Of a stretch of DNA of 53,798 bases, positions 36,961-51,295 are shown piece after piece. The notes beneath the pieces were generated by a model, which worked only from the letters and a program-made list of their open reading frames with translations, did not search any database and was not told the origin of the DNA. Position numbers and translations under genes: made by a program. Source of the DNA: Catajapyx aquilonaris (lineage: Eukaryota). Location: positions 1-53,798 of the forward strand of contig JYFJ02002617.1 in the NCBI GenBank assembly GCA_000934665.2, in the 5' to 3' direction. Each line of letters starts with the position of its first letter. The stretch's first letter is position 1.

Positions 36961-38180
36961 CCTCAGCTAGCCAGGACCCAACAGTATTCGGACTGTCGGC
37001 CACGGCTGACCGCGGCAAAAGTGGTGAAAACATACCAGACATACTGGAGAATGGAGAGATTAAGGCAGAGAAGGCCGTCGCTGACCCCTCGGCTTCCTTG
37101 CAAAGAGGCATTCCAAGATAGAGCCAGTCTACAGGACTCGTGGGGCATAATAATTCTAACAGCGTACACTTAAATGACACACATTGTACACTTAAGAGCT
37201 CCCTCCCACATGAGGTCCATAATATAATATATGCTGCATCCAAGATGTATTTTAACTTCACCTCCCGCTACCAGGGAGAGACGCAGGACTGGAAAAGACC
37301 ATATTCAGAAGATGTACAAACAAGAGGAAGTGTCACCATTGCAACTTAACATTGAAAGAGACAGAATAAAATGACTGGATCATTACATATGTAGTTTATG
37401 GATTGTGTCCACGTTTCTCAAAGGTATAACATAACGCCCACAATGAGAAAATTACACTGAAAAGTTAATGTGACGAGCTACTATGCCATGGATGCAGAGG
37501 AAACAGTCCACACACTGCCACAATTTAACGTCAGAAACACCGCAAATGCATTGATTAATCAAGTTGAACTTTGGGAGTGAAATAGTAATTTTCCTGGTGC
37601 ATCACACCATTGATGAAAATTACCCGCATATTTCCAGTTGTAATTATTAATGATGCCATGTTGTTTCCAAGACATTAAGTTCCTCTCACACGCTGAGCAA
37701 GATTTAATTAGTTATAAATTAGCCATTTTACACTTCGCTTCTAACTTGCGATTAGTGCTGCCCCTTCACACCGGGCACTTTTAGACATTCGAGAGAGGCT
37801 AATAGGAAAATATCTGCGTAATAACTATCAGGGGAAAATCGCCCCACCTTTTTATACTGCTCTAAGCGCATATCCACTCCAGAGTACTATAGTGACAAGG
37901 CATTTTTGAAACAAAATATTATTCAAAATGTGCATATTCTTACCGTACACACAGTACACAATGTCCCTTGCATGAAAGGAACGCCAGGAGTGGTAGAACT
38001 ACTTCTTCAATAGACACATCCCGACTATCCTGCCATGTCGAGTCAGTTCACCTGAAAAAATCTGGTACATTCAGGAGCATAGACCTCCCAGAAACCAAAC
38101 TTGAGCAATATTATTATGTCCACCAATAACATACTTTTCCATACTCTCACTGTCAGTACATGCAGTCCACAGTGCGAAAG

Positions 38181-38246
38181 GACCACGTACATTGTCCCAC
38201 ATGCCAAAAGAGAGGGTCGGACCTTGGCATGTCCACTTCCTGCCAT
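38181..38246 (-). pseudogene. Gustatory receptor 5' stub (first 22 codons only)
   Basis: MAGSGHAKVRPSLLACGTMYVV matches the N-termini at 33143 and 47444. Upstream sequence to ~38490 is also homologous, while downstream it is fused to unrelated duplicated sequence. Confidence 0.85.
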
Positions 38247-41200
38247 TGCGATCAGTTAACTGTTTGCAGGGCCTTTCGTCACTGCCAATACCACAAGAGT
38301 GAGGAAGTGAACACTCCCATTTCCACCTTACACAACTAATCAATATTGACCTCTATCGAACATGGTGAATGGTATTGTTGTTGGCTCATTGGACGCTCCC
38401 ATTTACGGGACGCTGCGAGATGACGCAGGATATTGGTTTATCACAAAAATAAATGTTGGATGAAATTGATGGAAGCCTCCGCACACAGGACTAGAAGTGA
38501 TTCAGATATTTCCACGCTGCCTTGTAAATGACCAGGCGAGGGTATTCGGGGCACCGCGTGAAAGATATATCATAAGTATATCATAAGTCCAAACTGTGGC
38601 GTCATATGGAATTTATGAGCATTACAGCGAAGCCTTGTCCTTTCTTCACTTGATATTCGTTTCTAATGGAAAAATTAGTCGGTGTCAGCGAAAAGTGTTT
38701 GCATCATATTCAGCTTTGGTACGTAAATGATAGCAATGATAGGCAATAACACATATGGTGCACTGAAATGTCAATGCGACGAGCTTCCATGTCACACGAA
38801 GTTCCAACACTATAAATTGACAACTTGCGACAATAAGCCACTACAAATTTCCAACTGCCCCAGCACTTTTTTCACTGACAATGAGAGTCGCCTACTGCAA
38901 CGCATTAAAGAGCACTACAAAAACCTTAAAGGTACATTACATTCACATCGAACCAAAGATTACTTTATCGGATAAAGTATAATCTCTCCTAAGAACTGTG
39001 TGAATGTAGGTACTTTATACTTATCTTTGTGTGGAGTAGTGTTAGTCACTACTGTAATGTATTTCAAACTCTTTGTATCTGATTAAAATTTATATAACCA
39101 CTCATCGTTCGCTATGGGGCTAGGGTAAAATAGGGCCTAGATAAAGCAGCTTTACCAAATCCACATTTAATCAGTATGGGAAGAATAGGTTACAACCCGA
39201 GTTACCAGTTGAGGATGCACATATTTCGGCTGGTCAGTGGGAGTTGCTGCAGGCCGACCATGTTAAATAAAGCATAAGGTGATCATCAACTTGCTACGAC
39301 ATACCCTATATAAAAATACTGGAAAACTACAAGATAGCAAATCGCGGCTTAACTTAGAAGAAATGGCTGCATAATATAATTAGATATTCATGATCAAACT
39401 TCTCTTTCTCCGCATTATCAGTGCGGCCTAATCCAAGATGAAAAGGACGCCGATATCGTCAAGAGGAAGAACAGAGAAAAAAGATTAAACTATGCATGAA
39501 TGACCATGATGACAGCAGTTCTTCGCGAAGTAAGCAGAAATTAATCAGAAGTAAAGGTCGATAAACCGATGAGGCACATGGAATCACAATCACTTGAGTT
39601 CTCATTTTATACCCATGCTTCCTTTGATGTGATGCAAGAAATAGTTGTGACAGTCCAGTTCAATGAACTGAACACTACATAGAGAATTAGACTTGCAGGG
39701 AAAAGAGACAGACGCAGGACACGCAGGCTTGAAACAGTCTCTTGTATTTATTTATTTGCCCAGTAATTTCTCCTTTGCTGACAGTTTGCTGGTTAATTAG
39801 CTTCTCTCTCTTTTGTAGCCTGCTCTCAGTAGCCTACACGTATGCCAACATGTTGAGGGCAGCACGACATGATTACAAGCCTCAGGAGGTATGAGATTAC
39901 AACATAATATGCAATGGTGATATGTGCTTAATTTGCCTGACTTGTCAGGACAGCTCATGCTGGGAGAACATGCACGCCTTTCAGCATGGTCACATAAGGG
40001 AGGTCAATGAGATGATCAGACAGAAAGGTCGGGACGTGCTAAATACCAAGTCTTGACAATTCAGAAACATTTGCTTTGGGGTTATGCAATACCACACAAC
40101 GACGAGACGGAAACTCAACCAAAGAAACAAAACTTAAAAGATGTGTTCCAAGTAATTGAAATCGGTTACTCTTCCGTGGAAAAGTAACAAAGGAGTCATG
40201 GAGACAATCTGGTGTAAGGTGTACACGAGGAAAATTGACCGCCAATAAGTTACAAGTTTAACCTGCGCCGATTTGACTGGGAGATGCAAAGGAGAGAATT
40301 ATGTACTAAGCCCTTGGTCCACCCTTGTGTTCTCTTTAGCTCTCTAGCACGGGACAGGTGAGTTACTGCCTCTACTTTTCAGCAATAATTGAAATCATGT
40401 CATTAATACTGGCAAATTCAATGCCCCGTCACCTGGAACTTTGTATTTGCACCGAATTTCTGGAGGGGCTAGGAAAAATATTTATGCAATATTATTAGTA
40501 CCATTACTAGCTACAGCAAACCCAATTTATTGGGGGTGGAGGAAAAATAACATTCAACATACCCAGGCCATTGGCCCCATGAACGTTACACTGTTGGATC
40601 TTACCTGGACCATAACTCCATACATGAGGGATGATCTTACTCGACCTTTGTTCAGTTACTTGCACTGTTCCAACCTGCCTGCAACATGGGGTGTGCCTAT
40701 TTCCAAAGCCTGGCAGCGTTTTTGACAGCCGAGACAGTCAGGTAACTTAGCAGGGAAAGAGGCAATACCTGACTCTCCTTTAATTATTAGAAAATCATCA
40801 ACATGGTGATGACACAGGCACCCACACAAGTGAATGCAGAACCTATATTACAGAAGTTTTACCAAGCGACAGTTTTCTATTTTCAGGTACTTTCTGACCA
40901 AGGAGAAAAATCCACAGGCATGCACATGTAACAGAATCAAATGTGCATAAGATAAATGTTAGACCAACAAAGAGGCGAGATGGAACTCTTCATAATATAT
41001 GTTATTCTTCTCTTCATCAACACTTTTTAAAGCGAGCAATGAATTTTTGGAAACTCGATAAACGTCTTAGCACATCACGAGCATCATTTATTTGTCAGGG
41101 AACAACTTTCTAAAACACAATCTTTTTCAACCTCTACCTGCACGACTATATCCCAACATCCGCCTGCTCTTGACGACCTGGCTCAAGACAGTCTGTTTCC

Positions 41201-43090
41201 ATAGCATTTCTGGCACAATAGCAAAATACAAATGAAGACCACGTACCTTCAAATTGCGACTTTGAAACTGCCAGCCATACAAGACATTACATTAATTGAA
41301 CTGCACAAAATGTGCGACTCGAGTATGTAACATGTAGTAAGTACTGTATACACTTGAAATGTGCATTTGGAAGGCAGGAGTGACTGGGTGTCTCCAGCAA
41401 GGCCTTGAAGCACACACAAGATAAGAGAGTACGAGACCATAGGGAGACACTCTACACCTGGATCACCCAAGTCTACTGCTGTGCCCCCCTCGCAGTTCCA
41501 ACCGACGACGAGTGTCTTCCTGGTGCCAAAATATCCTGCGTACACAAGGCGCCGGATTAGGGAGTTGGACAGGCAACTTCCCATCAGCTGGAGAAGAGGC
41601 CGCAGAGTTGTGCGGAAATAAAAAGAGAAACTAATAGCATGGAGTGACAGACTAATGAAACGTGATCGGTAGCCCCTATCTACTGCAGTGAAATTGTCGC
41701 AATTAGCTCTTACACAAACGCACCCTAATAATGCCCTATATATGATTAACCAACCTACATGTCACAGCAGCTATCAAGTAATCAGAATATTAGATGCTAC
41801 TCGGTAAATCCCTAGTAATGCCCACGCGTTGAGACTGGTTGTGCGCGCAACACTAGTTTGCAGCAATGTTTGTACTCGGATCGTATTACCTGACTTGGAT
41901 CCTGCGCGTTGATTGGTCCGTCTGTTGACCACCAGCAACATGGATGGAAAACGCCGAGAACAATAATGCACTTAACATACATACATCCGAAGAAAATGCT
42001 TGATATTTGCACTCGTCTTGGGATCGACAAATCGATTCATGGAAATAGCTGTGGAGGATGACATACACTTCAAGCGCAAATGGATAAGTCTTTCGACTGT
42101 CAAAGGGAATCCACCTACAACATTTAGAGTGTTATTTATGGGTCACTCAGGTCTCAGCCTTCACAGTGAAGTGCATAACAATTACTCGGGGTCGAACGAG
42201 CTGCCGTGTAGGCGTTGGCCATTGTAAACACTTGGCACCGCAACTTTACACGTCAGTTATGCAATGTCAAGTCTATTATTCAGTCCATACTCGGGGGTTT
42301 GGACGGTAGGCCCAATCGAACAAGGGACGTTGACGGATGGGTCTCATGAGTCCGGATAAACTATATCTATTACTCAACTCGTGCATCTCACTGCAATTAA
42401 AGCGTGCAATAGTTGGCCAGGGAAATTTAACAAGTGTACAGGGACAGACATGATGGCACGTCCTTACTGCTTACATCAGATAGAGAGGAAACCACCATAG
42501 TAACATACATCAACTGCCCATCCAATAAGTACAGCTATTGGCCGTCAGGAATTCATCTATGAAAAGGCTGGAGACTGACAAAACATACGATCACATTTTG
42601 AGAAAAAGAAGTCATGTGTTCCCAGGGTATTGGTGACAGATGCACCCCGAAACCAAAATAAGGTCTCTTAGAATTAATTTTTTTATTATTATTATTGATG
42701 AATCCTGAACCACCAGGATCACTGTGTAACATACGCGTCCTTAGTGCTGTTGTTTCCCGCTGGTCGATAGTAAACTACATACATGCGACACATGTCTCCC
42801 AGGCTTGCCCCTGGAAGACGTTAGATGAACTTGGTCAGAGGAGCCACAACACCCTATGGTCATCATACGTTTAGTACTTCCGCGGCGTGGGTGCCAGTGT
42901 CTGTCAGATGCATATTTTAAGATAATTTGCTAATCCTTCTTTTCAGCAGACCTGCTTCACTTCTAACTTGCGATTAGTGTCGCTCCTTCAAATGGGGAAC
43001 ATTTATACATTCAAGAGTGGTTAGTAGGTAAATATCTGCGTAACAACTACCAGGGAAAAATCGCACCACCTTTTTATACTGGAAAGTCAC

Positions 43091-43446
43091 AGGGAAGGTG
43101 ATGTGGCCGAGATGGTAACGTCTCGTGCTTGCTGAGTGAAAGGTCCCAGGTTCGATCCTCGCCTGGGAGCTCCCTTTCACCTGCATCAGGAGGGTCTCCG
43201 ACCTGCACCTTTGGAGGTGTCGGGCAACATAACCTCCTGGGGGATTGCACATGGCCCAACCTTGAGACATTGCACTTGTACCCGTGTCTCCTCCCAGAAA
43301 ATTCCTATCCTCACCCATTGTCCTGTTTCCTTGCCCCGGAGATTGAAGAAAAAGTACAAGAAAATTGCTGGTGGTGTACCACCCCCCAAAAAGGCCTATG
43401 TAGGCCTATGGCAGGGTGAAATAAATAAAAAAATAAAATAAATAAA
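43091..43446 (+). mobile_element. tRNA-derived SINE, full length, with a 15-bp TSD
   Basis: A box TGGCCGAGATGG (43104), B box GGTTCGATCCT (43149) and an A-rich tail. TSD ATACTGGAAAGTCAC at 43076-43090 and 43447-43461. The paralogous sites (~37855, ~45905) lack it. Confidence 0.92.
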
Positions 43447-46400
43447 ATACTGGAAAGTCACCCTAAGTTCATATCCATTCCAGAGTACTACATAGTGACA
43501 AAGCATCTTTGAAACAAAATATTATTCAAAATGTGAATAGTCTTATCATACGTACTGCACACAAGGTCTCTTGCATGAAACGAAACAAGGAGGAGGGTCA
43601 TGTGAAAAGACACACCCAGACTACTAGCCTGCCATATCGAGTCGCATGAAGGATATGGCTTTAGTTCACCTGAAAAAATCATACACCTTAAGGCACAGGG
43701 CAGAGTACACCAGCGAAAGGCAAAAGGTGCCTGTATTTCTTTCAGCAAAGTTACTCGCATGAAATATGCACGTCTAAATGAATTGTGCACAGACTTTAGC
43801 ATATTCTTTCATAATGTTGCAAAATAACATGATATTTCAACTTCATGTGTCGCAATCGTTTGATAGGTCACGCATATGGAAACGCATGATAGAGCGCACA
43901 GCTTTACACAAGGATGTATCTGTAGTGAATGTCGCACCAGTTACAGCTTTTGTCACAATTACAAAAGTATGCGCACAGTAATATTGAAAGAGCCAGAATA
44001 AAACGAAATCATTATGTCAAATTAAGTTTATATATTGTATCCACGTTACGCAACACTTCTCCCAATGGTATAATACCCATGATGGTAGCTTGGACTGAAG
44101 GGTACAATATAGGGCTCACATAAAGCAGTTTCACAAAGTCCACATTTCATTATGATGGGAAGGATTGGATACGAACCGGGTTACCAGTGGAGGGTGGAGG
44201 AAAGTAGACTGGTCAGTACTACCCAATTTGCAGTCACTTTCTGTGTAGCTTACTGTGCAGTGAACCCATTTCAGTCCACGACAATATATTGTTAGCAGTA
44301 CAGAGAAATTCTTACTTGATTCGTACAACAGGACCTTAGATAATAATAGCAATACTTTTGTATGATTGCAGCTGCCTTATGTTGATCAACCAGCGACGAC
44401 ATAATTATTCACTCATATTTCGGTCTGTACAACACTGAATAACTGCGTGATTGCAAAGGATAGGATAGGAAAAAACACACATGAAAACCATCCAAACAAA
44501 CCCCGACTACGGCCATGCCATGTATAGTAGCATATAATATGGCCCTGTTGTACTTAAATAAATATAATACCTTTATGAAGGGCAGTCCATAAAGAAACCA
44601 TACTCTTGAGCAATACTATTCTGTCCACATCAACTTCTCCACTCTCTCCATCCATTGCTTAGAAATGTTATTCTTCACCATCTCAAGCAAGCCAAAAGGT
44701 AACTTCACTTCTCTCAGCAGCGTCAGTCCCATGAAGTACGTAAATGAATGGCGCAGAGAAATGTTTTGGGGGATGGGCTCATAGAACTTTAACCCGTTCT
44801 TTCATAGTGTTGCAATGGCTGGCGTACATATTTCAACATGCAACGGAAAAGAAACGATTGAGTAACCCTGCAAGCGTACAGCTTTACGCAAGGACGTAAG
44901 ACAAGCATTTGTTACTACTAGGATTTCTTCCTGTTTCCCTTCGCTACATAGGGGAACATGGTCATTGGATCAAGATTCTTCCGGCAATAATTGTGAAGCA
45001 GGCAACGGAACCAGGACCTGTGAGTAGGTCGCAGTAACAGCTTTTATCATTTCTTCAATTCTTCATTTTCTTGATACACAGTGTAACGTATAGCCTCAAA
45101 TCTCAGTAGTACACACCATATGCCAATCCCAAAAATTAATACACTAATTATTTCCAGAAACCAGAGAGAGTCTACAGAAAGAGGCGCAGGACTTGCCAAA
45201 CCAGCTTCAGGATTTTAAATAACCTACAGAACATGAGGTAGATGAACAAGAAGTTCACGCCTGCTGCATGGTAACTGCATGTCCGTAAGGATTTTAACTT
45301 CACCTCACGCTACCAAGGAGAGATGCAGGACTGGAAAAGACCATATTCAGAATATGTACAAACAAGAGGAAGTGTCACCATTGCAACTTAACATTGAAAG
45401 AGATAAAACAAAATGATTGGATCATTACATATGTAGTTTATGGATTGTACCACGTTTCTCAAAGGTATAACATAACGCCCACAATGAGAAATTACACTGC
45501 CATCTTAATGTGACGAGCTACTATGCCATGCAAGATGCCATGGATGCAGAGGAAACAGTCCACACACTGCCACAATTTAACGTCAGAAACACCGCAAATG
45601 CATTGATTAATTAAGTTGAACTTGGGGAGGGAGATAGTAATTTTCCTGGTGCATCACATCATTGATGAAAATTACCCGCATATTTCCAGTTGTAATTAAT
45701 GATGCCATGTTGTTTCCAACATTAAGTTCCTCTCACACGCCGAGCAAGATTTAATAAGTTATAAATTAGCCATTTTACACTTCACTTCTAACTTGCGATT
45801 AGTGCTGCCCCTTCACACCGGGCACTGTTAGACATTCGAGAGTGGCTAATATGAACTTATCTGCGTAATAACTATCAGGGGAAAATGGACCCACCTCTTT
45901 TATATTGGGCAGTCGCTCTAAGCGCATATCCACTATAGTGACAAGGCATTTTTGAAACAAAATATTACTCAAAATGCGCATAGTCTTATCATACACGGTC
46001 CCTAGCATGAAAAGGAATATTCAAAAGACACATCCCGCCTATCCTGCCATGTCGAGTCACATGAAGAAGGGACATGGTGCGGGGGTCCCGGACGTCAGAC
46101 CGACTTACACCTTCTGTGGGAGCCGAGTGGATCTGACTTGGACGAAGGAACTGCACGCGGCCAACTGGAAGCTGAAGAACGAAGAAGAGATAGGAGAGAG
46201 AGCGACAACTGTGTCAATTATGAGGTCTTACATTTTATCGCAGACTGAGAGGATTCCTAGTGTTGATATTTAGGAGCTAGAAATATAACTGATAGCTCTA
46301 TGGATATTCTTGCTAGACCTTAATTGTGCAGTGGGGGCATGTGATTCCCAGTTGCAAGGGTGCCCCATGCAGAACTGTTTAATAAATCTTCGGTGTGGAC

Positions 46401-46825
46401 ACACGTTCATTGAAGAGGGACTGACCTGCATTGTGCAGAACGAGACAAATTTTCCCAAATGTACTCGTACAACTAGCATGTGGCGGATACTTGACAATGT
46501 GTGTGAATATACAATATTTTAAATTGCATAAAAATGTAATGAACTGCACAGACACTGCCAGGATGTTGCTTCATGCAACATTCTATTGTCTCATTATAAA
46601 AGGATTCATATTCTGAAGGGCATAATATTTCAATTATTATTTTCTACGGCGTGAAGAGGTTCACAAAGTAAGAGACAGAAATAGACCACATCCGCGCAGT
46701 GAAGCACTGTCTCAATAAATACATTTGCCAGTGAAAGAACTATAGAAGACATCACAATGTAATACAAAAATCTGTAATGAAATAATCATCAGCTTAATGA
46801 GAAATTGGTGGAACTATTTCTATTG

Positions 46826-47444
46826 ATATGTTCAATATGGATTCGCCTACAAAATCAAGGAATGTGACACAAATGGCTGATCCGTATTCTCGACTGATGA
46901 TCTCAGCAATTTCCCGGATCTCACAAAATATCTTGGCTGATGCGGAAAAATATTCTTCGGGATTAAAATCATGCGAAGTTTTGAGAGTTGAAAGCACATC
47001 ACCCAGCCGATTGCACACAAATGAGATTCGTTTTTTAACTTGCTTTCCTTTTCTCTCGACTGCCTTTGAGATAAAAAGCACCTGACGTAAGATTACATTT
47101 CGTACCTTCGCAATTTGAAAAGTACAGCCAATGAACATATATTTTTTCGTTAGAAGAGATGACATACGATAGGCACAAGAACAGTCAGTGGCATGGACGA
47201 CACAATGCGCCCCATTCCGTTGGCGTCTTATGTGACTTCATAGCTCCCTGCGAGTCACCATTCGTGACAAGTTACCGGCAACCAGTGATGTGATAATGAA
47301 GAGGTTGAGCAGACATGTCCACCTGGTCCACACCCTGTGGCCTTCAAAGGGCCAAGAGAACAGTCCGAATGCGGCTGAGACCACGTACATTGTCCCACAT
47401 GCCAAAAGAGAGGGTCGGACCTTGGAATGTCCACTTCCTGCCAT
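46826..47444 (-). pseudogene. Gustatory receptor pseudogene (close paralog of the 31802-33143 gene)
   Basis: MAGSGHSKVRPSLLACGTMYVVSAAFGL...WTRWTCLLNLFI then a frameshift near 47270. An internal deletion at ~47181-47203 removes the equivalent of ~32720-32900. It resumes VRNVILRQVLFISKAVERKGKQ...SREYGSAICVTF...GESILNI; the end of exon 1 and exons 2-4 are missing. Confidence 0.9.
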
Positions 47445-50400
47445 TGCGATCAGTTAACTCTTCGCAGGGCCTTTCGTCACTGACAATACCACAAGCGTGA
47501 GGAAGTGAACACTCCCATTTCCACCTTACACAACTAATTAATTGACCTCTACCGAACATGGTTAATGGTATTGTTGTTGGCTCACGGGACGCTCCCATTT
47601 ACGGAACGCTGCGCGAGATGACGCAGGATATTGGTTTATCGCAAAAACAAATATTGGATGAAATTAATGGAAGCCTCCGCCCACAGGACAATATGAGCGT
47701 TGGCTGATGTAGGTGTCGGGACTCATCAATAGTGAATTACGTACATGTATGTTCCACCTTCTGTCCTACGTGATTGACACCGACAAACCGGGTTCGACCC
47801 AACATTGTAAGTCTTAATACCAATGTTATTCTGTATATTATTTTTTTAGTAAAAAAACTTGTCAAGCTGTTTGTTATATTTTATTTATTAGAAGCAGGAC
47901 TTGTACAGGCTGTACGGTTTGTCACGGGTCACTAACTTAACTCGTTATCTGTGGACCCTATATATATCCCAGGGAGAGCAAAGCCCCATATTAAAAGCTC
48001 ACGACAAGCCAACAAGACATGAACCAACCGACATTCATAATCACGCATTGAGAATGGTTAGTGTAACCAATGCATGATCCAACCATTCTACCCTCATTCA
48101 TCTCATATGAGGCCATCAAATACATAACAATCAAGTGGAAATGTAATGTGATACTCAAACTAGAAGTGATTCAGATATTACCACGCTGTCTTGTAAAGGA
48201 CCAGGCGAAGGTATTCGGGGGACCGCATGAAGAATCTTGAGGAGTTTAACATAAGTCCAAACTGTGACGTCATATGAAATTTGTGTGTATTACAGCGAAG
48301 CCTTGTCTTCTTTTCACTTGATATTCTTTTCTAATTAAAAAATAGTCGGTGTCATCAGCGCGAATTGTTTGCATCATATTAAGCTTTGCTACGTAAAATA
48401 TCACGATGTACTGAAACGAAACAAATACACAAAATAGAACATCGGTCCACATTTAATCAGCACAGGAAGAATAGGATACAACCTGAGTTACCAGTTGAGG
48501 ATGCACATATTTCGGTTGGTCAGTGGGAGTTGCTGCAGGCCGACCATGTTAAATAAAGCAAATCATCAACCTGCTACGTCATATTCCGCCCTGTACAGTA
48601 CAATACTGGAAAACTGCAAGATAGCAAGCAAATCACGGCTTAACTCGGAAGAAATGGTTGCATTATGTGATTTCAACTCAAAGCGCTACTCAGGATAATT
48701 AGATATTCATTATCAAACTTCTCTTTCTCCGCATCATCAGTGTGGCCTAATAATCCTATATGAAAAAGGCGCCAATATTGTCAAGAGGAAGAAGAGAGAC
48801 AAAAGATGAAAACGTCCACGAACAGTACATGATGACAGAAGTAAGCAGAAATGAATCAGAAGTAATGGTCGATAAACCGATGAGGCGCATGGAATCACAA
48901 TCACTTGAGTTCTCATTTTATACCCATGCTTCCTTTGATGTGATGCAAAAAATAGTTGTGACAGTCCAGTTCAATGAACTGAACACTACATAGAAAGTTA
49001 GACTTGCAGGGAAAGGAGACAGACGCAGGACACGCAGGCTTGAGACAGTCTCTTGTATTTATTTATTTGCCCAGTAATTTCTCCTTTGCTGACAGTTTGC
49101 TGGTTAATTAGCTTCTCTCTCTTTTGTAGCCTTCTCTCAGTAGCCTACACATATGCCAACATGTTGAGGGCAGCACGACATGATTACAAGCCTAAGGAGG
49201 TAAGAGATTACAACATAATATGCAATGGTGATATGTGCTTAATTTTCCAGACTTGTCACGACAGCTCATGCTGGGAGAACATGCGCGCCTTTCAGCATGG
49301 TCACGTAAGGGAGGTAAATGAGATGATCAGAAATGTCGGACGTGCTGGATGGTCTTGACAATTCAGAAACATTCGCTTTGGGGTTATGCAATACCACACA
49401 ACGACGCGACGGAAACTCAAGTACCAAAGAAACAAAACGCAAAAAATGTGTTCCAAGTAACTGAAATCGGTTACTTTTTCATTGAAAAGTAACAAAGGAG
49501 TCATGAAGAAGACAATCTGGTGTAGGGTGTACATGAAGACAATTGACCGCCAATAAGCAACAAGTTTAACCTGCGCCGATTTGACCGGGAGGAGCAAAGG
49601 AGAGGGTTATGTCCTCAACACGTGGTCCGCCCTTGCGTTCTCTTTAGCTCTCTTGCACGGGACAGGTGAGTTACTGGCAAATTCAATGCCCCTTCACCTG
49701 GAACTTTGTATTTGCACCCAATTTCTGGAGGGGCTAGGAAAAATATTTAATATACATTATTATTAGTACCATTACTAGCTACAGCAAACCCAATTTATTG
49801 GGGGTGCATAAGATAAATGTTAGACCAACAAAAAGAGGAGATGGAACTCTTCATAATATATATGTTATTCGTCTCTTCATGAACACTTTTTTTTAAAGCG
49901 AGTTCTTTGTGTCTCTCAAATTATGGATCTTTGTGAACTGGGATAAGTTAAATTCAGGGTAATTGTGTTTAATAAGATTAAGGTGATATCAGACAGGTAA
50001 ATGTTATTTTATGCATGAAAGAGATCGAGAGAAAGGTCCCCCAAAGGGGTCGTTGCGGCCCAGAAAGGGGTAAGTTAAATAAAAAAAATATAATAATAAA
50101 TAATGCCAACATCCGCCTGCTCTTGACGACCTGGCTCAAGATACTCTGTTTGAATAGCATTTCTGACCCAATAGCAAAACCTATCCAGAAATGAAGACCA
50201 TGGAGCTTCAAATTGCGCCTTTCAAACAATTCATTGCCAGACATACAAGACATTACATGAATTGAACATCACAAGCCCTTGAAGCACACACAAGATAAGC
50301 AGTTCCAACCGACGAAGAGTGTCCTTCCTGGAGACAAATATCCTGCGTACACAAGGCGCCGGATTAGGGAGGTGGACAGGCAACTTCCCATCAGCTGGAG

Positions 50401-51295
50401 AAGAGGCTGCAGAATGGTGCGGGAAGAAGAGAAACTATTAGCATTGCAGTGACAGACTCAGTATCAGGTATGTATATAAGGGGGCTTACCCGGCATAGCC
50501 ATCTACAGCCCCCGGCTCCATCAACAACTCATAATCGTGAAACGTGATCGATAGCAGCTATCTACTGCAGTGAAATTGTCGCAATTAGCTCTTACACAAA
50601 TGCACCCTAATAATGCCCTATATATGATTAACCAACCTACATGTCACAGCAGCTATCAAGTAATCAGAATATTAGATGCTACTCGGTAAATCCCTAGTAA
50701 TGCCCACGCGTTGAGACTGGTTGTGCGCGCAACACTAGTTTGCAGCCATGTTTGTACTCGGATCGTATTACGTGACTAGGATCCTGCGCGTTGATTGGTC
50801 CGTCAGCAACATGGATGGAAAACACGCAGAAATAATGCACTTACATACATCCGAATAAAATGCTCGATATTTGCACTCGTCTTGGGATCGACAAATCGAT
50901 TCATGAAAATAGCTGTGGAGGATGACATACACTTCAAGCGCAAATGGAAAGTCTTTCGAGTATCTAAGGGAATCCACCTCCAACATTAATTTTAGAGCGA
51001 GGGTTATTTATGGGTCACTCAGCCTTCACAATGAAGTGCATAACAATTACTCAGGGTCGAACGAGCTGCCATGTAGGTGTTGGCCATAGTAAACACTTTC
51101 CGCAACTTTACACGTCAGTTATGCAATGTCAAGTCTATTATTCAGTCCATACTCGGGGGTTTGGATGGTATGCACCATCGGACAAGGGACGATGACGGAT
51201 GGGTCTCATGAGTCCGCATAAACTATGTCTATTACTCAACTCGTGCGCCTGTTGCATTCAGTCGTCTAGTGTTGGAAGAGCAAACCAGCATCATC

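Larger units (their letters stand above)
36090..42890 (+). repeat. Segmental duplication unit A (paralogous to ~44650-53551)
   Basis: Colinear matches, e.g. 36092~44652, 37245~45290, 38180~47380, 39160~48445, 39720~49030, 41655~50537 and 42385~53049. Confidence 0.92.

Noticed and set aside
38727..38975. ESRLLQRIKEH resembling a Penelope GIY-YIG endonuclease motif
   Set aside because: The YIG part is not visible; too little to call.
50768..50986. Exon-like minus-strand segment upstream of the plus-strand Gr (also 41886-42120)
   Set aside because: The two copies differ by frame-breaking indels and the peptide is unrecognisable.
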